DNA of 51,150 nt from Psammoneis japonica (taxonomy: Eukaryota), in the NCBI GenBank assembly GCA_008632985.1, contig QPGO01000130.1, positions 186,001 through 237,150 of the forward strand, written 5' to 3'. The notes under the pieces were generated by a model. It did not search any database, was not told the DNA's origin, and saw nothing but the letters and a program-made list of their open reading frames with translations. This document shows positions 23,800 through 34,874 of the stretch, in pieces. Each line of letters opens with the position of its first letter. The stretch's first letter is position 1. A program made the position numbers and the translations under genes.

Positions 23800-26700
23800 G
23801 GCATGACTTGATTCTTTAGGTGGCGTTAGCAACGCCTCCCTGTTGCCTACTGTCGATTCACTGACTTGATTACAAAATCGATAGACATTCCCACCATTTC
23901 AAATATTTCATTGATCGTTCGAGTATTCCACTGATGGGGTATCTCGAGGGTGAGTGGCTGGGATGGCTCGTCGACACCGGTTAAGTCGTCTTCAACCGTG
24001 GCAAGCGATTCAGGTCCTCGAACACTTTTTGTTTTCGATGGAACGACAAGCACAAGAATTTGATCAAGAGGGAAAGTCGGACATTGCTGGAACAAGAGCA
24101 GCCTTGCTGACGCAATATTATGGTCTCCACTAAAAGATACTTCGCTTGCCTCAGCAACACCTGCAGGCAGCGATTTCTTTCTCTTCCGTGAAGACCTTCG
24201 CAAGCTACTCGATGCTCCTTCTGACGCCTTGGAAAGCCACGACACCAGCAAGGACACTCCTGCTCCCAATGAGGTGCCCGACTCAAGCTAGATCACATGA
24301 AGACATATGGCAAGTGGGTCATTCTCTGGGACTTCGACTGGGTCGTCAGCGGCCGACTTCGTCTCGCTTGAATCCATACCAGTCTTTTCATTTTCCTTGT
24401 CTTGTCTGTCCTCATCGCTCTCGTTGGACGACACAGGGCATTCGATGCATCTGGGCTCAATTGAAACGTCTTAATTTCCCGTTGGCCAATATTCTGTAAG
24501 ATTTAAGAGACGAAAAATCATAATGGGAACGTGATCTGCATTCCCTTGAATCACCAAATACATCGTCACGTGGTGTCTCTTTAGCAGGGATTTCTCTAAA
24601 TCTTTTGTCCCAAAGCTCGATTTGCCGATGATATCAGTGTCTTCGCCTAGTGCGATCTTGCATAAGTCGACGAGCGACCCACGAAAGCCTGGTATCCATA
24701 ATCCGTTTTTGAAAGAAGTGCAACATGACCCTCGAGTCCGTCAAAGTGGCGAAGCTCATCCGGCGTAGACATCGACCTGCGGAAAATTTTTAATCGGTGT
24801 GAAGCAGATGAATGCAGCACCCAAGATTCCGAAAATTGAAACACAATCGATCATTGTCTGACTCATTCGCTTCAAAAGAGTCAGGCGAAAATAAAAGACT
24901 GCAAATTCTGTCCTTCAGATCCACATTTCGTTTGCCACTTTTTTCGATAGTCACCCTTTTGCCACATTGTTTCAATATCGCTTCGATGAACGAGATACCG
25001 CGGAAACGAATCCTCCAAATCATTCAAAGTTTTCAAATTTTCGTCTCGAACCTAAAAAGTGTGGTCGTTACCCATGACTGCAACCGCGTTAGTGCCCCTT
25101 CCTTGCGATCTTTGTCGCCCTGGCAGTAATCGCACCCACTCAGGGCAGTTACATTAGTTTGCGGTTTCACCCTATGGCAGTACGCTCTCGGAAATATCTG
25201 CGCAATTGCTCGCCACACATTCTACGGGACGTATCATACTCTCTTCTTGTTGTTAACACAGTCGCATTCCCCGTGATCGCCTGTAGAAGTTGGTTGACAG
25301 ACAAAATTGAAAAGAAAGGTCGGAAATGGAGGACGAAAATGAAAGGCCACTTACAATTTATATTTCCGTTCACCTTGCAGTCCATTTCGCTCCCGCGCAA
25401 ACAAAAAGAAACATCCGATAGAAAAGGGAATAGGTCAATGGCATCCAGTCCTTCACAGATGGATTCGATCAAGCCATCATGATCTTCACTCTGCGACCCG
25501 ACAGAAGTCGGATTTTGAGTTCCAGTAAACGATTCCGCCTTCTTGATGATCTCTTTCTTAAAACGTGAGCACGAAATGAAGTGCATAACTTCTTCGAGAT
25601 ACTGCGTCGCCCTCCGCTATTGCGTCGATCATATCATCATTCTGAATAGTTATGGTCTGCAAGGCTTTCGTAAACGAACAAACATCATCAAGAACAATTG
25701 TTCCAACTCTCGCTGATAAGAATGTTAGCACTCCTTACAAAACATGTTGCACTCCGGAGTGATGACACAGTCATTGATGTCCCTCCAAAAGCCTCCTGTT
25801 CTCCCATGTTTCTTGATCGATTGCTTGATCTTTCCTTAGTCTATCTTGCTCGTCCAATAACAACGATACAAATCCGTCATAAACTCCACGGGCAATAGTT
25901 TACCTCGTCGAGTAACCCGAGGATGGAGTCCTTTCTTAGCATGCTCACAAAGAAGACGTCTATGACGCAACATGTGTGAGCTTCCGTCAAATGTCACGCA
26001 AGTCCCATCTATGCACGATAAGAAGCTTCGCAACGTAGATCCGTCGACCCATACGGGCGATCTCTGTTCACCATCAGTTCCCGACAACGTCTTATTCTCC
26101 CTTCCGTCTGATTCCGTCTGGTCCGAGACTTCACTGTGCCAGTTTCGAAACATATCTTTAACAATCCCTTGGCCTCAGTTAAGCTCTCATCGATTCTGCA
26201 CATGCTGAAGGTACCCAACAAACAAGTGGAAGTCAGTACAGCACACCATATCGTTCCGTCCGTTCCAGATACACTGTTTTACAAATACCACCCAGTGTCT
26301 CCGGGCTGTCAACACCATTGTTCGATAGAAGCATACTATCGTTTGCACATTGTGCCAGATACATTGGGTCGACGTAGTACGGGTTGTACGCATTCGAGCT
26401 TCCTTTTGGAGTAGTCTGTCCCTTGTTGCTCGAGGTGTCAGCCTCCGATTTGCCGTCGCCCACACAGCCACAAGAAGAAGGAGGTTGGTAACTACAAGAA
26501 GGGCCGCCGCTCAAAATTTTTACAGCATCATCGTTGAACTCATACCACGTTCCAGTATGCCAGTCCATGGCTTCCGCAACATAGTGACCGCGATGGGCAG
26601 AATTTCCCTGGTGGTTCATCACTGCGCACAACAGATAACTCCGCGAGTTTCTGGTGCAACGATCATTGTCACAAGTTGCCGAGGCTTCGTTTGACCCTCT

Positions 26701-27790
26701 CGCGTTGGTGGGTCGATGCGTAACATGAAGAACTCGTGGAAACAGAACCTTGTCGGATAGCTTTTTCTTGGATAACGTCTTTCGATCAAACACGTAGCGC
26801 GACAGCTGAATGTTGAGCACTGGGGGAAGATCTCAAAAGGTCCCACCACCCGCTGCGCATTCTGCTTCCTCTCACAAGAGTTGCACCAGCACTGGTTATC
26901 TCCCTCCAGCATTTCCGCACACGTGCAGTGGTCAAGACATGCTTGCACTCACTGTCGGCCCCTTTGCCCTTTACAAAGGCCTCCTTTACAGTGGGCATTC
27001 CTTTGACCAATTGAGTTTTCTCTGTCTTGCTTTTTACAATTGGGAGGTTCAGATCCACAAGCTCTCGTGTCGTTCCGAGGATTTCTTACATGTCAAACAC
27101 GTGGTTTCACAGGCAGTGACCCCCTCAAAGATCCGTGGAAGCAATGTCGCCAGGTCGCGATTAGCACCCTTATTTCCATGGGTCTCCCGCGAACTTTGCT
27201 GAAAGGATTCATGCATGCTCTCAAAGAGCAAGCGCGCAAACTCGTTTGGATCCTGCATTTCACCCGTTTCCAATCCCAAGGCTTCCGAGAACTCGGCCGT
27301 GGTGATTGCACTTTCGACTCCATGAGCCATTCTTGCAAACAGCAGTTGCATGGTGGATGTCACATGATGCATTCGCTGGTTTCCGCTGTCAGGCTTTTGC
27401 CACGACAAGAGTCCGTTCAAAAAGTCATTGTTCTGCGCCAAACATTGAATCTGACTGTTGAGACAGCACGTGGATTCTTGATCCCGGGTGGAATAGAAAG
27501 CAACATAGACGACGCGACGGATCGGAATCGCCAGGCTTTGCAGAAGCATTCTTGGGGGTGAGGTTGTCGTGCCACCGCCGCTGCCGCAGTCTCGCCATGC
27601 AATTGTCCACCGAGACAGCGCTGCGCGACTGCAGTGTTGTCTCTGTGAAGCGTTCGCCACACACAATTATCAAGAAAACTTCGAATCTCGGCCTTCTGCG
27701 AGACCTTTTCACGTGTTCCCTTGCTGCCGGTGTGAACGCTTTCAGTCGATCAAATGGGGGACTGCGGTAGAACCTGGCATGAATTTACGT
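23800..27790 (-). pseudogene. Ubiquitin-specific protease (USP48-like, peptidase C19) with multiple frameshifts; ends approximate
   Basis: Cys box TC(C)LNSQIQCL, QDPNEF, LEGDNQ(C)WC, LNIQLSRYVFD, His box HQGNSAHRGHYVA...WYEFND, NAY. Pieces lie in different frames; DUSP/UBL-like region downstream. Confidence 0.8.
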
Positions 27791-28279
27791 ACATACTTCA
27801 CCGTGTTATGAAATTGATGGCACGACGAAAGCACGCTGGAAAGCCACAACTGCTTCTGACAACATTTGACAATTGGAGGAACACTCTGCTAAATGACAGT
27901 TGTGCTGTGACATATCTTACAACGAGTTGTGCTAGTTCGATGTCGGAATGGAAGTTATTCGTTGATTATAGCTCTATAAAGTATCGCTAGATAATTGCCA
28001 GCGATTTGCGCGGCAATTTGGCGAGTGATTTCCCGTGCTTCACCGTGGTGAACTTGGGAATTGTCCAAAACATTTGTTATAACAAATTTCTGAACGAAAG
28101 TTTCTATTTACATCGGATAACATATGTCTAGGACAAGCTCGATAACGTTACTTTCCTTCCAATTAGCATTTGGACGTTCTCCGCCACTTGTCAGTTTCAC
28201 CGTGCTTTCACCACGTGATTTCGATTTACAACACGGCGAAGTACTGTGCGTATAATTCTACGCTGTTTGAGTACCGCAG

Positions 28280-31200
28280 TCCCCCACTTGCCCGATTTCG
28301 AAAAACTGAAAGCGTTTGTCTCATCCTTGTCGCCCACAGCTTCTCCTGCAGCCAAGTTGTCAACATCGATAAATCCAAAATTGTCCAAAATGCAGCACTG
28401 CATGCATCACAAATCCAAACAACCCCATCTCAAACAAGCCATGTGCACTGGCACAAAAATCACGTGGAAATTTCGCGCAGAAAAAATTGTGAAAATTGGG
28501 GTTTGGGCCGATTTTTTTCTCGTGCTTCTGCCGTGCTTCTCTGCTCCACCGACACCTCAAGGAATCGTTTTCCCCTGAAACCATTGACACTTTACATGAT
28601 GACTTTTGGGGCACAAGTGACACGATTCTGTGCGCGAACACTTCAAAACTCCATTTTCAGAAACTCGGCCAACACTTCACCACGGTGCCACCACCGCAAA
28701 CATTTTCCAATGATGGAATTTTGCCAAACAGTGGACATCGTTGTGTTTGTCACAAAAAAGCAAGTGCACAAAGTGTCGGCCGTTGTGACTGAAATCGATT
28801 CCTTGAGGTCGTGGCCCATTTTTCGCAAAGCACGGGAAAAGCGCGACGAGCAAGACATTCCGCGCGAATTTTCTACGTGAGTTTTGTGCCAGAAATGGGC
28901 CCAAACCCTGTTTTTTTGGGGTTCATGCTGCAGCCCCTGCACTGGATCACCATGGAACTGTGGGAAAGTCCAAAAGTGTGGGGCAGCATCAAAATCACGC
29001 AGAAACTGCGATCGCACTTCGCCGCGCTAAAACGAGAAATGTTGAGACGGCTTGAAATGCACCACAGCCATCAATCGTGACGCACTCTTCTTTGACAAGT
29101 CATCACATTGTTGCCAAACCAACGCTCCTCTGTGTGAAAGATGGGTCCAAAGGGTGCTCATCTTGTTCTTTGGAAGACTGCAAAGCTTCCTCTTGATTTG
29201 ATGCTGCCGGTCATCCAAGAAGCAGCAAAAAGGGGTTGTTTGGAACGACAAACTCGAGCAGCGGCAGAGAGCATCGAGGTCGACTCCTCTCCCCCAAGAC
29301 AACGATTGAAGACAGTGCTTGATGCGAATCTGTCAGCACGCGAGCATGCTGGCAACCGCTCATCATTCCTCCCAGAGCATGCTGTCTTTCACGTGGCCAA
29401 GGCTCTGTCTGAGAAACTGTGCGACGTTCACATTGTCTGCAACCATCCGACGAACTGTCATGCCTCCAAGCGTGCCTCTTGCAGACGCCGTGCTGAAGCT
29501 GAAAAGGCCAAGACTCGGCTCTTCATTGCTCAATCTAATTTGCAGAGTCTCCTTGGAGCTGAAAGCGTTGAAAGTCCGGCAGACCATGCGGAGCAAGTGG
29601 ACAAGGCCCAGAAGAAGATCCGCAGCCTAGAAAGCATGCTGGGTCGCGGGTTGACACCGGATTTTCACACAAATCTTGTGAGCATGGTGGAAGAACATGA
29701 TCCACAGGGGAAAGGAGTGGTCTCCATTGTCACTGCACCAATGCAGGTGGACCCGTGTGTTGCAAAATTGGTTGTCAACTTGGGTGCCGATGCAATTGCG
29801 TCGGGTGACTCAGATTTCTCGATGCACGTCGGTCCAAATGGACTGGATGTTGTGATCAAAGACATCTCTGTTTCGAAAATGAAGGATCCCATTGCAGCAT
29901 GTCGGCTTTGCACTGGTCAGCAAAAGATTGCTGAGATTGTCGAGGAGACTCTGAGTGTGAAATTGGGGCACTCGCCATTTGAAAAAGACAAAGATGCCAA
30001 ACGCGATGGCCAAACTCCAGGCCACCCAATGTTCAGTGGGGTTGATGGAAAATTTCACAAAGCTCTGAACCATCCAAAGGAGCTGCCGTCCGGCTCGAGC
30101 AATCAACGACAGAAATCTCACCAAATCCGACTGTTCAAGCGGCGCGAGTGGACTGATCGCATGGGCCTGGGAAGAGCACGTGGCAAAGGAGAGCTCAGGC
30201 ATTGTGACGAGCACCCAACAGAAATGGTGAAAGGAAAGTCAATGAAGTGCAACAAGGAGCATGTGCCCATCAAAGCATTTGAAGCACCAAAGCCAATTGG
30301 GTCTCAGAAGAGCTTTCACTCACCTCCAAGAACTGACTCTGATGGACTGGGGACTGACCGAGAAATGCTCCGCCATGTCATCAATGCAAGTGCTCAAGAA
30401 TCTGTCTTGTCTGTTCAGACGCATCATGCGCTTGTACAAGAAGGATTGCGTGAGAGCAAAAAAACTTCTTCGCAAAAGGAAGCAACAGCCGGTGAGAATG
30501 CTGCAGGTTGATGCCATGACAAACCAAAGATCGGGCTCTTCTCACTCACTCCCAAGGAAGTGAAGCGTCGCATGGGATTTTTGAATTTGAAGCATCTTCT
30601 TGAGCACAGTGCAGTGGTGCATGGCGGCAATTTGGATGAAATGATGAAGACGGCAACCCACACGACTTTTGTTGAAGAGCTCCTCTTCACGTGCGAATTT
30701 TCATTTGGCCGAACAATGGCACGTTGGGAGGACTGGGAGAGGGAGCATGGTGCAGATCACAAGATGTTGGGAAAGGCGCTAAAATGCTGATTGAAGAAGG
30801 AGTTGGAGTGCCGTGAGCAATGGCCAATGCATGCATCATACGACGAGGATGTGAAGTTCCGGAAGCGCCAGTGGGACCGACACTTTAACCCCAAAGATGG
30901 CCACCGACCTGTGGTGCATGATGCGTCCAATGCACACACGGGAGACCCGAGCTCTGGGGATGTGAATCGATCGCTGCACAATGTGTGTTGTGGAATGTGC
31001 TGCGCCAAAGCTGGAATTGCCGCACAGCTCTGCAACTGGATTTTTGGCCTTCCTCTTGTCACAGGCCATTGTGATGATGACCAGCAGATTCGATTCACAA
31101 AGATGCTTGAGCCACAAAAACGTTTTGCTGAGAATGACAATCCTGCAGGAGGAGAGGGCACAATTGTGAAGCACTTCTTGAACACATTTGACAAAGGATG

Positions 31201-31705
31201 CCATCTGCTGTTGGAAGCAAAGCGGGAGGAGCAGCTGTGTTGCCAGCCAGACAGAGTTGACAAGCTTTCAGGTGTCAATGCACTTCGTTCAGCATGTGTT
31301 GCTGTGACAAGATCAGGCAATGAGCGAGCCGTAAAACGATGCAAACTGTCCTGGTTTCTCAGTCGTGGCATGAGAAACCAGCAATGGAGTGTTGATTTAG
31401 TTTGCGACGTCTGGGAGGCATGGACTTTCCGAGTCAACTTCATGTGTGATGCATTTCAGCAAAGGCTCATGGTTGTGTGTCAAAACAACACTCAGATCTG
31501 CACTAATTTTAGACCAGTTGCGTGGCTTTTACATGTTGTGCAGTCGCAGCTGTCGCCTTGGTTTAGTTTTTGCGAAGTCTGGGAGGCGTGGACTTTCCGA
31601 GTCAGCTTTTTGCATGATGCATTTCAACAAAGGCGCACAGTGTGTGACATCAAAATAACACTTAGATCTGTGCAGTGTTAGAACAGCTTAGTGGCTTTTA
31701 GATGG
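28280..31705 (+). mobile_element. Decayed Harbinger/ISL2EU-like DNA transposon with an XPG/Exo1-like nuclease segment, THAP-like/HTH segment and DDE transposase
   Basis: Transposase 30791-31460: VVHDASN, FDKG(C), RSGNERAVKR. Upstream ORF 29141-30511: VLDAN, IVC(D)HP, APMQVDP, AIASGDSDF (5' nuclease-like), then W...C..H. Termini not identified. Confidence 0.65.
31395..31703 (+). repeat. Duplication with about 170-bp offset at the transposase 3' end
   Basis: GTCTGGGAGGC.TGGACTTTCCGAGTCA, GATGCATTTCA.CAAAGG, CAAAA.AACACT.AGATCTG and GTGGCTTTTA each occur twice. Confidence 0.85.
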
Positions 31706-32189
31706 CAGGCCCTCTAGCTAGAGTCGTACTCCGAGTAGATGCTATCGCTCGACGACTAGCAGAGCAGGGCCCCAAAGCGATCGCGATTGTTGGATGGTGG
31801 GTTTTTGACTCCTTCGACCATTCATTTTCTACTTGATTTTCTACGGAGTTTTAGCACCGCCCCACGATTTTGACTTTCCCTCTTGCGCTCTTCCACCCGC
31901 ACGCCGCCGCGCGACCGACAACGGTCGACCAGCGTCACAGGCGATGACGTGTCCACCATGATCGCCCATCGCATCTCGCATCGCACAGGCAGAGCGAGCG
32001 CGAACGAAAAACAAAACCAAATTGAACCACCTCCTGAACTCATTTTCTTCTACCGTTATCTCTTCAAAACTGAAAAGCAACTATTTACACAGTGATTCAG
32101 TCGTTGGAGATTTGACCCAACAAGTGTTTGGAGTGGGGTGCCAAGCTTCACAAACTTTACGACAGCAGCAATACAAGAGCAACAAGAGC

Positions 32190-34251
32190 ATGAGATTCTC
32201 ACAAGCACTGGTCCTCGTGCTGTTATCGCAATCCACCGAGGCGTTTTTACCTGCATCAAGAGTCGGTAACAGTGGCTTCACTCATGGCGGTCCAACAAAG
32301 AGCATCAATCCATCCACTGCTACTACTCATTTGAATGCCATTCCCATTGACACGGCTCGACTCGGCACTTACTTTTTGGAAAAGGTGATTGAAACAGGAG
32401 TTCCCGCGGTTGCCTTTTGTGCGGCAGCTGCCTTTGTCGCGAAAACCTTTTCCAAAAAGGAATCGGAATCGGCCGATCTAGTAAAGAGCAATGCAGTCGG
32501 AGCGCTCTACGATGACTTGTATGGAGACAATGACAACGACAGTCTGGGCAGTGGATTGCTGAGCATGTTGGGACAAGCAGCCAAGAAGAAGAACAAGGGC
32601 ATGAATCTCGGCATTCCTTCGCAAGAATACATTGAAATTACAAATCTCAATTCCAAACTCAACAGCTACCAATACAGCATGACGTCGGCCACACAATCCA
32701 AAGCCAAGGCGGCTGCCAGAATGAGAGCTACCAATTTTGACAAGGCTCTGCAATTGGGCGTTGACTCGTCTCTAACGGAATTGCCTGTATCCACAAAGAC
32801 AAAATTGATGGAGATTGAAAAGGAGTTTTTGAAGCAAGGAGCCGTACTGACAGCTAAGGCACAGCAATATCAAGCCTTGTTGGTCGAGTCGGCGATTGGC
32901 AAGCAAATAAAGCAAACCGGCGCCAAGCTTGACGCTGTGGATGCAGCTCCCGTTGAGACGAAAGACAAGAATGACGACAGCAGTACCAAGGATCAAGTCA
33001 TGAATATCACTAGCACGTTTCAATTGCCATCCATGACCGACGAGACAAGAGGCAAGGCATGGAAAGAACTGGAAACAGCTCAAAAGGCCCTGATGCAGTT
33101 GGAAACGAAGTTTGTCGCAGCCGTTATCCGGGAATTGGGTCCATCGCGCGCCAATGGGATTCGTACAGCGCTCCTTGGAGATGTGGCAGCGCGAGGTACG
33201 GGCGGACTCTTGGCGCAATTAAAAGAGCGTCCACTGTCGTCCATGTTTGGTCATGACGAAGAATCAAGACCCAAGTCGCTCTTTGTCATGAAATTTCCTG
33301 GAGACGTGTCGGCATCGAAAGTGAATGATTTGAGAGAAGAGGTTACGGCAATTGTCCGTAATGCCCAACCGGTGATGAAGCTCTAGTCATTTTGGAATCG
33401 GGTGGTGGAACCGTCACGGGATATGGATTGGCGGCAGGACAGTTGCAGCGATTTAAAGACAATGGCATGAAGCTCACGTGTGCCGTGGAGCAAGTGGCGG
33501 CGTCGGGGGGATACATGATGTGCTGTGTCGCAGACAAGATTGTGGCGTCGCCGTTTGCTGTGCTTGGATCGATTGGAGTCATTTCGGACATTCCCAATGC
33601 ATACGAACGTCTCAAAAAGGAAGGAATGTACGTGGTTGGACAGAATCATTTTTGCATGGTTATTGGTATTGACTCTATGTGTGCTATTGGTACGGATACT
33701 TTTCACTCAACACTTTTCTTTCTCCGCTTGCATTCGACAGTGAATTCCAAACCGTTACTGCTGGAAAGTACAAGCGAACAATTACCCCGACGAAAAAGGT
33801 GACGCAAGAGGATTATAAAAAGTCCAAGCAGGATATAGAAGGAATCTTTCAGTTATTCAAAAAGTACGTTGGCCAGAACCGTCCGTCGTTGGATATTGAA
33901 GATGTTGCGACAGGCGAAACGTGGTTTGGAACGGATGCGCTTGACAGGGGGTTGTGCGATGAAATTAAGACGGCAGACGACGTGCTTACCGACTATGTCG
34001 ATCAGGGATACAATGTTTACCAGGTCGAGTACAAGCCGCCCATGAAGGAACCCGAGGCATTGCTTGGACTTGCGGGAGCACAGTCATCAAGCGGCGGTGG
34101 GCTGGGACGGCGCTTGATCAAGTGGATTGTGCGATCTGTCGCTTCGGAAATTAAGTCTGAATTCAATGACATTGCTACGGAGCAGCAATCGATAAAACGA
34201 AGATACATGATGTTGGACGATACAAACGAGAACATTCGGGCGCAAGACTAG
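32190..34251 (+). CDS. Peptidase S49 (SohB/SppA-like), plastid-targeted; intron 33628-33740 and an apparent 1-bp deletion near 33370
   Basis: TEA-F presequence. Motifs LREEVTAI, LESGGGTVTGYG, VAASGGYMM, PFAVLGSIGV, TAGKYKRT, VATGETWFG. Confidence 0.85.
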
Positions 34252-34874
34252 AATGAACGGACCGAAACTTCTATGCACAGGCGAAATGATTCCGAAACAG
34301 TAACAGCTCTAACGATAATCAAAAACATACGACTATTGAAAAAGATTGCCATACCGCACAGGAAAGGCAGAGTTTATTTAGCAAATGAAGAAAAATCAGG
34401 TGGTGGGGTCGTGGACTACTTGCATGATTGTACAATTTTATGAAAGGTACAGGGAATGGATACGTTGTTGAGCTTCTCGGATGACAGGGAAAAGGGAGCC
34501 TTCGTTGTCGCAGGAAGTTGCTCGCCGTGTTGTCAATGCCTCGATTCAAGACGAAAGCGTTGCTGCCGGACATGAATGGATTCAATGCACCACTGACAGT
34601 TTCTAGAGTCTAGTTTGTTTCTGAAGTCGTACTGGTTCTGGAGAATATGACGGAGCAATTCTTTGGAAGCGAAAAGCCCAAATTATGGAGTGACTTGCTT
34701 TGCAAGGCATTATATTCTATCCTCACATGAAAACCTCCCGAAAGAATGCGCTGCAGCCCGGTATGTCAGTTCTCGAACAGACAACAGCGCGAAGATAGAG
34801 ACAGCGATTGTCGGATTCCTTTAGACACACATGGTACATCACAATGACTTCTCCATTCGATTCTGTTTCTAAAA

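Noticed and set aside
29141..31681. Alternative genetic code or recoding for Tyr-free ORFs
   Set aside because: Tyr is replaced by either Cys or His at random, non-coding repeats show the same change, and neighbouring host genes use the standard code.
27990..31760. TIR/TSD pair for the Harbinger-like element
   Set aside because: I could not find matching inverted termini by eye, so the element ends are approximate.
33355..33400. Programmed ribosomal frameshift in the S49 gene (also considered for the trypsin and GNAT breaks)
   Set aside because: No slippery heptamer or evident stimulator. An indel or assembly error is simpler.
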